DNA of 64,000 nt. Origin: Candidatus Latescibacterota bacterium (lineage in GTDB: Bacteria > Latescibacterota > UBA2968 > GCA-2709665). Made by a program: the position numbers and the translations under genes. Shown here in pieces: positions 55,605 through 64,000 of this stretch (position 1 is its first letter; every line of letters starts with the position of its first letter). The notes under the pieces were generated by a model. That model ran no database searches. It was not told the origin of the DNA and saw only the letters and a list, made by a program, of their open reading frames with translations. The stretch lies in contig OZ242180.1 of assembly GCA_965205485.1 (NCBI GenBank), positions 1,792,001 to 1,856,000 of the forward strand, read 5' to 3'.

Positions 55605-58100
55605 CTAATCTTCATGCTTGTTTTTGAGGAGGTACTTTATCGGGAAACTGAAACGCGCCCTCCATCCGAAGTATCCAATGCAGACAGCGACCAATACGAC
55701 GTTCAGAATAAGCAACCCGCGTCTCAATGGAGACAGAACCGGTTTCAGAACGATGCGATGTTCACCCTCGCCAAGACGCAATGCGATGAAACTTCCGGCC
55801 GTCTGGTATGGCACGACTTTTTCGCCGTTGATTGTAACGCTCAGATGGGGATAATATGCATAGGCCAGACGGGCAAAGCATGGGCTGGAGGTGCGGATGA
55901 GTAGCTCTACGCGCTGATTCCACACACGGTGTTCTAGCACTCGAACGGATGGGTCGGTTCCAAGATCTTGTGTTCCTTCAAGCGTCGCAAGTAGAATTCG
56001 TTCGCACGTATTCTTCTCCCCATTTACCCCCATCTGCTTTACCAGCCGCGAAAATGCTGACTGTTTGTCGATACCTGTATTGTTCCGCGACAGTAGATCC
56101 CATCCTGTGACCTTCGGCGAGACGACCACAGGGCTGACTGTGGGAGTACGCCAAATCATTAGTTCACTTCTATCGGTGCTGCGCGCCAGGAATCGCCTGA
56201 CATTTGTCAGGTGGAGCGCATCTTGAATAAAGCCAAAACTGTGTTGACCGGGCGACTTGAGCTTCTCCGCTTTTCTGATTGCAGAATTCAGCGATTTTTC
56301 CAGGGGGCGGCAAAATATATCCTCTGCCAATGACGACTCGTCGAACAATCCAAGAATCGTCGCGATCCCTGTTTTTACCGACAAATATGAAACTGTAAAA
56401 TGAGGATAGTCAGTGTCTGTTGCATAATAAATCCGAAAATTGGGGATTTCATCATGGGCGAATTGCGACGCCTCGCTTTGCAGAAGATTAGTCGCTTTAG
56501 TGCCTACGAGCTGTGGTTCGTTCAGAACGCTGTGGGTGAGATAGGGCTGTTGAAATGTGGTCGGTCCCAAATCAACGGCCACGATGAACAGCAGCATGGT
56601 GAAAGCGTCGATACGCGTTTCCCGTCCTCTAAGAAAGCGAAGAAGGGCAACGGTTCCCACGCCTGCCATTACTGACAAGAAAAATACAGCAAAAAGCAGG
56701 AATCGTGTGGCGGCGAACGCTTGAACGACGCTAAGGGAGCCCAACGGCCAGCGATACCCGAAAACCAGGAATAAGGACGCCGCTAAACAAGCAACTACCG
56801 GCCACGACTTTGAAGGCAGGTCTTCAACTGCAGTCAATTTCAATCCTGCTCTATTCACGAGACGGGACGCGCGCGTCCCGTCTCGCCACTTCCGAAATGG
56901 CACCGCGCCAGTCAGCCCCACAACAGACAGTGCAATCAGTGACAAGCCCAGATAGCCACCGTACCAGTGGTTGGCTTCTATTGAAAAAAGACGGAAGCGA
57001 TAGTTGGACCATACTAAAAGCTGCCCTAGGGTCGGATCCGGAAAACCCGAGAGGTCGAACCCTTTATACAGCCGTACGTTTTCACGTTCCAACCACATCG
57101 GAAGTGTCAGATAAGCGCCAATGACCAGGCCTCCCGTCAGCAATAAGAGGCTATGCCAACATACGGCACGTATCGCACGGCGATCTGTGTCGGTCCAGAT
57201 TCGTATACACACGTATAGCACGAAAAGTCCCGTAGCCCAGAAAGCATATCCCGGATGCGTAAAGGCCAGCATTCCAAGGGTCACGCCCCCTGCCATCGCA
57301 CTCGCCAACTTAAGCGTACGCGTCTTGAGATGCTCGAAGCAGTAGAACGGAAAGGGAAGCAGGGCATAGAACACCGAGAGTGGTAAACGCCCCATAATAA
57401 GCACCTGCTGTGTGTGCCAGACACACGCCACGTAGGCCATTGCCGCCAAAAAGCCTGCCTGTCTGTTGAATAACGTCCTTACGAACAGGTACATCCCAAT
57501 GCCCGAAATCACATGGCTGACGCCCATCGTGAATTTTAGTGAGAACTCCAGATCGGAAAAAAGCTGGTTGACCGCGCCCGTCAGGTAGAAGAAGAGAAAG
57601 CCATAGAACTGGCAATAGGGACTGCCCGCACCAAAGTAATTCGTCCAGATGGGAATCTCTCCGTAGGCGAACGCCTGGGAAGCTATCCAGGCGTAACCGA
57701 TGTGGAAGTTCACGTCGCCACCCCATACAAGCCCTCCCCGAGCGAAATAATGGCGAGCGCAAAGCATGCAGGCGATGACCAAAACCAGAAGTGTCCGCTT
57801 CTCGGTCTCGAATACAAGGCTCAGAAATGTCGACAGACGCTTTTTGCGTAATTCCAGTACGATGATGGTCGCGAACAAAACAAAGATCAGCCCTGCCAAG
57901 ATCGCATCCGACAGATCGAACTGTACATTCCGTTTTACGACCGGTACAAATATGGCCAAGCTATGGTACCGCCTGGCCGGTGCGAGTACCGCGAACTTAT
58001 AGAGTGTGGTATACTGGAAATAGATCAGTGACACAGCAAGGGTCGACAGGATAGCGATAATGTCACGTGGCCATTTGACAATGTCGGATCCGACACGCAT
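55605..58100 (-). CDS. Multi-TM GT-C-like membrane protein (6-pyruvoyl-tetrahydropterin synthase-related / YfhO-like)
   Basis: GGD..FH, GEIPIWTNYFGAGSP..QFYG, SGIGMYLF, C-terminal YAYYPHLSVTING...FIALRLGEGEHRI. Confidence 0.75.
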   Translation of the reverse strand: MRVGSDIVKWPRDIIAILSTLAVSLIYFQYTTLYKFAVLAPARRYHSLAIFVPVVKRNVQFDLSDAILAGLIFVLFATIIVLELRKKRLSTFLSLVFETEKRTLLVLVIACMLCARHYFARGGLVWGGDVNFHIGYAWIASQAFAYGEIPIWTNYFGAGSPYCQFYGFLFFYLTGAVNQLFSDLEFSLKFTMGVSHVISGIGMYLFVRTLFNRQAGFLAAMAYVACVWHTQQVLIMGRLPLSVFYALLPFPFYCFEHLKTRTLKLASAMAGGVTLGMLAFTHPGYAFWATGLFVLYVCIRIWTDTDRRAIRAVCWHSLLLLTGGLVIGAYLTLPMWLERENVRLYKGFDLSGFPDPTLGQLLVWSNYRFRLFSIEANHWYGGYLGLSLIALSVVGLTGAVPFRKWRDGTRASRLVNRAGLKLTAVEDLPSKSWPVVACLAASLFLVFGYRWPLGSLSVVQAFAATRFLLFAVFFLSVMAGVGTVALLRFLRGRETRIDAFTMLLFIVAVDLGPTTFQQPYLTHSVLNEPQLVGTKATNLLQSEASQFAHDEIPNFRIYYATDTDYPHFTVSYLSVKTGIATILGLFDESSLAEDIFCRPLEKSLNSAIRKAEKLKSPGQHSFGFIQDALHLTNVRRFLARSTDRSELMIWRTPTVSPVVVSPKVTGWDLLSRNNTGIDKQSAFSRLVKQMGVNGEKNTCERILLATLEGTQDLGTDPSVRVLEHRVWNQRVELLIRTSSPCFARLAYAYYPHLSVTINGEKVVPYQTAGSFIALRLGEGEHRIVLKPVLSPLRRGLLILNVVLVAVCIGYFGWRARFSFPIKYLLKNKHED

Positions 58101-58103
58101 CGG

Positions 58104-60494
58104 TTACCTTTGTTCGCTGGCTTGTTCCAACCACTGCCTGATCTGAGCGGCCTGCGGATGGTCGGGCTCGAGTTCCAACGTCTTTTCGAAGTGTGCCCGG
58201 GCTTCGTCGCCGCGTTTCAACGCCCGACAGGACATTCCCAGCAGCAGGTGTGCGTCCGCGTGGTTGGGATTCAACTGAACGGCCCTTTTGAAATACGGGA
58301 TCGCTTTATCGTACTCGCGCAATTTGCAATACGTATCGCCGATGTCCATGTAGACAGTCGCGCTCACGCTTTCTCTCTGAAGCTCTAGCACTTTTCCGAA
58401 GTGTACGATCGCCTCCTGGTACCGGCCCTGAGTCTTGTAGACGAGGCCGAGATTTTTATGTGCCCGGGAATAGTCTGGTCGAAATTCAACCGCTCTTTCC
58501 AGGTATTGGATCGCGTAGTTAAACTGGCCCATTTTGGCGTAAACGGCTCCGAGATTTCCGTAAGCGATGGCATCGTCGGTTCGTAGTGCCACAGCTTTCG
58601 TAAGGGCTCGGATTGCATTCGCGTATTGCCCTGCATCGTTGTAAGCCGCTCCGAGATTTGAATGGGTCTCGGCCTCTCGCGGTTGAAGCTCGGAAGCTTT
58701 TTCAAGGTGTTCAACGGCTTCATCCAACTGGCCGGTCTTCCTGAAAATGGCGCCGAGGTTCGCGTGGGCTGTCGCAAGATCCGGTTTAAGTGCGATCGCC
58801 TTTCTGGTGTATTCGATGGCTTTGCCGAATTCACCGATGTCGCTATAGGCTGCGCCAAGATTCATATACGGAACCGGTAGATTCGATTGAATTTCGACGG
58901 CCTTCTGGTAGTACTCTACCGCACTGGCGGACCGTCCGATCTCGCGGCAGATGTTCCCGACGGTTAGCCATCGATTGGGATTGGTTGGATCGGCGTCGAT
59001 CGATCGCTCGTAAGCTTGGACAGCTACCGGAATGTTGTCTTGCCGGCGATGGAATTCGCCCAGGGTGAGCCAGCTGTTTACGGCGGAAACGCCAGTTAGC
59101 CGGGCCGCCAGGTGGACGAATCGGGCTTCGGCCGCGCCGGTGCTGGCATTAAGGCCGATCCAGAAAAGCGTGTGGAACGCCGCCGACCCGCACAGGATGA
59201 AACCACTATGGAAGAGCGGTTCACGAGCGTGAATGCGTGCCATGAGTGCTGTGGCTACCCATAGGGTCAGGGGAAGTGCCGGCAGGGAGAAAATGTCCCA
59301 GTCTCGAAAGACGCCGATTTCCGGTCTCGCGAGGAACGTGAAGAAAAGGGGGAATACGGCCGCGATGAATAGGAAGGGTTGATGACGGAGGTCTCTCTTG
59401 CGTAGCAGGACACAGGCCATACAGGCAACGGGGGCCGCAAGCAATTGTTGGTTCGAAAAGTCGAGCAAATGCGCGAGGGAGAATACCCGGTATTCCGAAT
59501 GAAGGCCCGGTTCCGCGAATAGCGGCAGGAAATTTCTGCCGCCCATCCGGACCAGATATCCTTCGAAACCGATACCGCTCAACCCGAGTAACACTGCTGT
59601 GCTCACCGGGACACAACAAAGGGCCGCGACGGTGGCGGCCGTGTTTTTCGAGGTTGAGACGGTTTGCTGCCGCTTGCGCCACGTGCTGTACGCGAGGACG
59701 AGCAGGGACGGTCCGAACACGGCGAATGCCTGGTGAAGGGCGAGCAGCAAGCCCAACACAATTGCCGGGGCGTACAGGTGACGGCCGCTTTTCTGCGTCT
59801 GCAGGCCCAAAAGGAGATACAGCAGCAGGCCGGGCATGTAAAGTGCAAAATTCTCCACGTATCCGAAGAAAAGTTGCATGTATCCGGTCGTGAGCAGGAC
59901 GGCCAGGACGACGGACATTTCCAGTCTGTTTCTTCCAAGGGCGGAGGCGACCGGAAAGCTGAGCAGAACATAGAATACGCCGGACGCATAGCTGTAGATC
60001 CGGTACGTGTTCTCAGGTGTCTCCCAGAACGCCCGGCCCGCGTGATGCAGCTCACGGATGAACGCGAAGGTGAGCGGCGCCCGGGACTGATCCTGAAACG
60101 TATCCGCGCCCAGTTTTCGAAGCAGCAGGTAACCGTCGCCGAGAAAGTGGCGTGCGGAGGAGAGCGCGACAAAGGCGGCAAGGGCAATGAGCAGAATCAG
60201 GACTCGTGTGATCCATATTCGCCGCCTCCGGCCCCAGATCGCGAGCGGAAGACGACGTACACATGCGCGGACTTGCCGGCGGAAACCGGGAATGAATAGG
60301 AGAATGGAAAGTAGAACGAATGCGACCTGGACCGGTGCGGGAAGATAGACGAGGAAGTCCACGCCCCACAGCGCGTCGGGTCGCCACAAGAGCGGCAGGA
60401 GGTGGAGGCCCAAAAATACTGCGACGATGATGGCGGGTCGTGAAATAGCGCGGAGTCGCTGATTCCCTGGACGTGATTCCGTTAAATCGGACAT
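58104..60494 (-). CDS. Multi-TM membrane protein (GT-C-like) with long C-terminal TPR array
   Basis: About 12 hydrophobic segments (FLGDGY, FFGYVEN, RDWDIF) followed by about 9 TPRs; start 60494 or 60527. Confidence 0.8.
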   Translation of the reverse strand: MSDLTESRPGNQRLRAISRPAIIVAVFLGLHLLPLLWRPDALWGVDFLVYLPAPVQVAFVLLSILLFIPGFRRQVRACVRRLPLAIWGRRRRIWITRVLILLIALAAFVALSSARHFLGDGYLLLRKLGADTFQDQSRAPLTFAFIRELHHAGRAFWETPENTYRIYSYASGVFYVLLSFPVASALGRNRLEMSVVLAVLLTTGYMQLFFGYVENFALYMPGLLLYLLLGLQTQKSGRHLYAPAIVLGLLLALHQAFAVFGPSLLVLAYSTWRKRQQTVSTSKNTAATVAALCCVPVSTAVLLGLSGIGFEGYLVRMGGRNFLPLFAEPGLHSEYRVFSLAHLLDFSNQQLLAAPVACMACVLLRKRDLRHQPFLFIAAVFPLFFTFLARPEIGVFRDWDIFSLPALPLTLWVATALMARIHAREPLFHSGFILCGSAAFHTLFWIGLNASTGAAEARFVHLAARLTGVSAVNSWLTLGEFHRRQDNIPVAVQAYERSIDADPTNPNRWLTVGNICREIGRSASAVEYYQKAVEIQSNLPVPYMNLGAAYSDIGEFGKAIEYTRKAIALKPDLATAHANLGAIFRKTGQLDEAVEHLEKASELQPREAETHSNLGAAYNDAGQYANAIRALTKAVALRTDDAIAYGNLGAVYAKMGQFNYAIQYLERAVEFRPDYSRAHKNLGLVYKTQGRYQEAIVHFGKVLELQRESVSATVYMDIGDTYCKLREYDKAIPYFKRAVQLNPNHADAHLLLGMSCRALKRGDEARAHFEKTLELEPDHPQAAQIRQWLEQASEQR

Positions 60495-60498
60495 GGCG

Positions 60499-61326
60499 TC
60501 AAGGTCTTGACATGAACCGGAAGACACATCTTGTCAACCAGTGTCTGGGAGAGGTGTAGTGCTTCTCGGCGAAGTAACGAAGGCTCTCAAACAGCATCTT
60601 CTTTCGAGGCCGCGGCACTGGAGATTTACCACCGTAGTGTACGATTGGACCCTCGGGAAAGAACCAGCACTGAAATCCAAGCTGGCTGACTCTGTAACAG
60701 AGATCCACGTCCTCACAGTACATGAAATAGCCCTCGTCAAATCCCCCAACCCTGTTGTAGACCTCCCGCCGGATCCAGAGGCAGGCGCCGGTAACCCAGT
60801 TTACCTGGCGCGGCCTGTCGTAGCCCGTCCAGTGCTGATTGGAAAAGCGTCCCAGAATCGGCCGTGCTGGTGGCAGGTATCTCAGAAATCGGCCCAGTCC
60901 CATACTGAAAAGCGTTGGAAGCGACCCGGCGGATCGCTCCGGCTCTCCCCGTTCGTCCAGAACAAGACCCCCGGAAACGCCGCACCGGGGATGGTCCTCG
61001 AATCTCGCCAATATCGGCGACAGACTGTCCTCGCGGAGTCTCGTATCCGGATTCAGAAAGAGCAGAATCGGCGCACGACTCTGCCCGGCGCCGATATTGT
61101 TCGCCCTGCCGAAACCGACGGTTTCTTCCAATCGCACCAGTCTAACGCCAGGGAATTTCTGCCGAAGGGTGTCGGTTGAGCCGTCGCTGGATCCGTTGTC
61201 CACCACCACGACTTCAAGTGATTCGTATATTCTCTGTTTCTGTAGAGACTCAAGACAAGGCTTTAGCCATTTCAGTGTGTCTACACTGACAATGATAACG
61301 GAAAGCAACGGTACTGGATCAGACAC
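60499..61326 (-). CDS. Glycosyltransferase family 2 (WbbL-like)
   Basis: VVVVDNGSSDG, GFGRANN, LFLNPDT, WVTGACL, GGFDEGYFMYCEDVDLC. Confidence 0.92.
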   Translation of the reverse strand: MSDPVPLLSVIIVSVDTLKWLKPCLESLQKQRIYESLEVVVVDNGSSDGSTDTLRQKFPGVRLVRLEETVGFGRANNIGAGQSRAPILLFLNPDTRLREDSLSPILARFEDHPRCGVSGGLVLDERGEPERSAGSLPTLFSMGLGRFLRYLPPARPILGRFSNQHWTGYDRPRQVNWVTGACLWIRREVYNRVGGFDEGYFMYCEDVDLCYRVSQLGFQCWFFPEGPIVHYGGKSPVPRPRKKMLFESLRYFAEKHYTSPRHWLTRCVFRFMSRP

Positions 61327-61349
61327 AATACGCGCCTCAATTCATAGAT

Positions 61350-62624
61350 TTATTCGAAAAAGGGGAATTTTCGGGAGATTATCCCATGCCATTGCACTCT
61401 ATGGTCCTTTTTTCTTGACTCAATTCCCATTGCCGCACACCCCTTTCTATTTTCAGAAAATTCCGCGACCAGGTCCTCGTAGACTCGAAGACTATCTCGC
61501 GCGATCTCTGCCCATGAGAGCTGGTTTCCGGACACGTGAAGAGCGGCCTTGCCATGCCGATTCCTGAGTTCCGAGTTCCCGGTATAGTTCAGCATCGCAC
61601 GGGCGAGACTCGCGCGATCATCGGGTGTGAACGTCAGGCCGTTATCCCTTTCAACCAGATAGGCCGTTGCGAGATGGTCCGGTGCGATTAGGGGGCGGCC
61701 AACGCCGAGGATCTCCTTCATCCCGCCCAGTTTCCCGGGCATGACGCCAATGTCCGCCGCATTGTAGACCGCGCACAGGTCCTCTTCGGCCATCCACTTC
61801 AGAAAAACAACTACATCGGAGATGCCCAGATCCCGTGCGAGTCCGTGGAGTTGCGCTTCGTATTCGGGAGTTCCTGAACCTGCAATCGCCAGTCTTGTTG
61901 CCGGGTGACGGCGGTGTACGTCCGCAAAGGCATTGAAGAAGAGCTCGAATCCCTTTCCCGGTGTGAGCCGCCCGGAGGTGATAAACAGGCAGACGTCGTC
62001 CGCCAGGCCCAGCCTGTTTCTCCAGGCCTCGCGCTTTACCGGGTCAGGGTAAAATGTGCGGGTATTGATGCCCAGCGGGAGAAGGAGTACGTTTTCCGCG
62101 GGCGCCGCGTACACTTCTTTCACGAACCACTGGGCAAAGGGATTGGACGTGAAGACTTTGCCCCCAACGCGGCCGATCTGCCGGCATACCTGTTTTCCAA
62201 TGCCGAACCGGATCAGGTTGCCCGGTCCCTCGGGCAGATTGCCGTTATCGGAATGGTCATCGCCAACGTGAACGTAGAAGGGATGTTTGGACAGAACCTG
62301 GAGTACGGGAAAAAATCTGACACCGTGAGTGTTCACCACGTCCGGTCGGATTTTGTAGATCGTCCGATTCAGGGTTCGGATATACACCTGCGCGCGGCTC
62401 TTGATGGGAACAAAGGAAGGCAACCTCCAGATTCGTACCGAGTCTTCGCGGTATATTCCCTGTGGCAGCCGGCCCCTTGATTCGGGGTATTTCTTCGGGT
62501 GCGGCAGGCGGTCGCTGGTCAGGATCCACACGTCGTGCCCCAGTTTTGCCTGTTCGTGAGGCAGGATATTTTCCTGGTAACTCAGACCCGGTATATAGAA
62601 TTGATTGACATGGACAATTCGCAT
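61350..62624 (-). CDS. Glycosyltransferase family 4
   Basis: MRIVHV, GHDVWILT, PLGINT..F.P, SGRLTPGKG, YNAADIGVMP, LSWAEIA. Confidence 0.88.
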   Translation of the reverse strand: MRIVHVNQFYIPGLSYQENILPHEQAKLGHDVWILTSDRLPHPKKYPESRGRLPQGIYREDSVRIWRLPSFVPIKSRAQVYIRTLNRTIYKIRPDVVNTHGVRFFPVLQVLSKHPFYVHVGDDHSDNGNLPEGPGNLIRFGIGKQVCRQIGRVGGKVFTSNPFAQWFVKEVYAAPAENVLLLPLGINTRTFYPDPVKREAWRNRLGLADDVCLFITSGRLTPGKGFELFFNAFADVHRRHPATRLAIAGSGTPEYEAQLHGLARDLGISDVVVFLKWMAEEDLCAVYNAADIGVMPGKLGGMKEILGVGRPLIAPDHLATAYLVERDNGLTFTPDDRASLARAMLNYTGNSELRNRHGKAALHVSGNQLSWAEIARDSLRVYEDLVAEFSENRKGCAAMGIESRKKDHRVQWHGIISRKFPFFE

Positions 62625-62731
62625 GTGGATTCTCAAACAGATAGGTATATATTATTCACAGAGGGTTCGAATCCTGTCTCTCACGTATTGCCTGTGCCAT
62701 GTCCGCTCTGTACACGAGGAATATGCGAACC

Positions 62732-63475
62732 ATGAAGATTATTCGTCCAATAAACCAGGGAGGCAGATGGGGCCTCCGGCTGTACAAGTGGTTCGGCCCT
62801 CCCCTGCTGGCTTTATCCAGATCCTTACAGCATCCTTCCGCGATGTATGGCCAGGAAATGTTGTACGAGCGCCTGTTTTCCAACGCGCTGAGTCGATTTC
62901 AACTGGAGAACCGGTATTACCCGACCGGAGTTGCCGCCAACTTTTCGCTGATGTACATCCTTCTTCGCTGTATTACAGAACTCCCGGTGCAGCGGGTAGT
63001 CGAACTCGGCTGCGGCCAGTCTACGTTGCTGTTGGACGCATTGCAACCACTGCGGCCGATCGATATTACCACGTTGGAACATGACCGGGAGTGGGCGCGT
63101 CGATTTCAATGCCACGTGAATCACGAGATTATCCGTGCGGATCTGGTCGAACGTGTCGTACAGGGGCGGAAGACCCTTGTCTACGATAACGATACGGTTC
63201 TTGACACCCCACTCGACCTGCTTCTGATTGACGGCCCGAAGGGAAATTCGAGACACTCTCGATGGGCTGGGCTACAGTGGATCGAGAATGGGCTCGACGA
63301 CGATTTTATCGTTGTGTTCGACGATGCGGAACGGCGCGGCGAAATCGACACGATTGAAAAATCGCTCAGCTTGCTCAGGGCGCAGGGTCGTAATTTTCGT
63401 ACCAGGTTTTACAAGGGTCTTAAATGGCAGTTTGTTGTCGCCGCCGGCAGCCTCATACCGGCAACCCAGTTTTGA
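62732..63475 (+). CDS. Class I SAM-dependent methyltransferase-like protein
   Basis: VVELGCGQST, TLEHD..W, LLLIDGP, VFDDAER.GE. Confidence 0.8.
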   Translation: MKIIRPINQGGRWGLRLYKWFGPPLLALSRSLQHPSAMYGQEMLYERLFSNALSRFQLENRYYPTGVAANFSLMYILLRCITELPVQRVVELGCGQSTLLLDALQPLRPIDITTLEHDREWARRFQCHVNHEIIRADLVERVVQGRKTLVYDNDTVLDTPLDLLLIDGPKGNSRHSRWAGLQWIENGLDDDFIVVFDDAERRGEIDTIEKSLSLLRAQGRNFRTRFYKGLKWQFVVAAGSLIPATQF

Positions 63476-63520
63476 ACGGACTCCCTACCCGACTCTGATG
63501 AACCCTGTCCCGATCGACTG

Positions 63521-64000
63521 TCAACCTTCCTTCATGACGGTCTCGATGTGATCCAGGCCAAGGTAGACGATGTGTCCGGTTCTCGCGCCCGTGGCTTTCA
63601 GATATGACCCCACCTGTTCGCGGTAGATCCTGATTTGCGCTTTCCCGGAGACGCGCGTCGCTCTTCCAGTCCACCACCACGTCGATGCGGCCGTCGTCAT
63701 CGAATGTGACGGCGTCCGCAATGCCCGCCGTGACGGCCATCTTCCGGCCTTCGAAATCGCAGCCGTAGACCCAGTACTCCGGCACCAGCCGCGGTCGAAG
63801 GGACGCGATCTCAGGGCGTTCCAGGGTACGGATGACCATCTCCGCCATTCCAACGCTGGATATACGGGCCGAGGCATCCGTGGAGTCGACGAGTTCCTGC
63901 TGTTCGATAAGCTCTCTCGCGCGAGCCCGCACGCGGGCGTCGTCGTCCACCGTCTCGCCGGTCAGCACTTCCTCCATCAGTTTGTGAAGAATCAGGCCTC
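63521..64000 (-). CDS. C-terminal PD-(D/E)XK nuclease domain of a UvrD/AddA-like helicase-nuclease (partial; frameshift near 63650)
   Basis: G.ILHKLMEEVL, LVPE..VY, AGIADAV, VVDWKSD; the expected Y..Q...Y motif (IYREQVGSYLKATGA) is in the adjacent frame ending at 63521. Confidence 0.75.

Overview
GC-rich bacterial chromosomal window; no rRNA, tRNA, CRISPR array, transposase or prophage was recognised. It holds about 45 genes. Catabolic and accessory enzymes dominate: two PhyH-type dioxygenases, a D-cysteine desulfhydrase-like enzyme, a ThDP enzyme, BNR/sialidase-like and heparinase II/III-like proteins, a DHDPS-family aldolase with two enolase-superfamily genes, Gfo/Idh/MocA oxidoreductases, a PLP decarboxylase and a divergent SHMT-like enzyme. 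A transport-rich block (11-30 kb) contains a porin / Tat-type binding protein / output-less HAMP protein / OFA-MFS operon, an NCS2 permease fused to a degenerate RsbW-like domain, a SulP transporter, and five tandem lipoproteins that share an Ig-like N-terminal module fused to LivJ-type binding domains. There is also an orphan RamA/RamB-like ABC exporter pair, a hicB with a deleted hicA, an intact MazEF-type pair, two tandem hsp20 genes with a sigma-54 promoter, a candidate small RNA, and a glycosylation locus. Intergenic spaces are packed with mosaics of at least seven short repeat or MITE families. Three genes are frameshifted (cinA, a homocysteine methyltransferase, a helicase-nuclease), one by a 13-nt insertion copied from 260 nt upstream. 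The gene repertoire suggests a Latescibacterota/Gemmatimonadota-like, possibly sponge-associated diderm; this is inference only. All family assignments come from motifs read by eye, not database searches.
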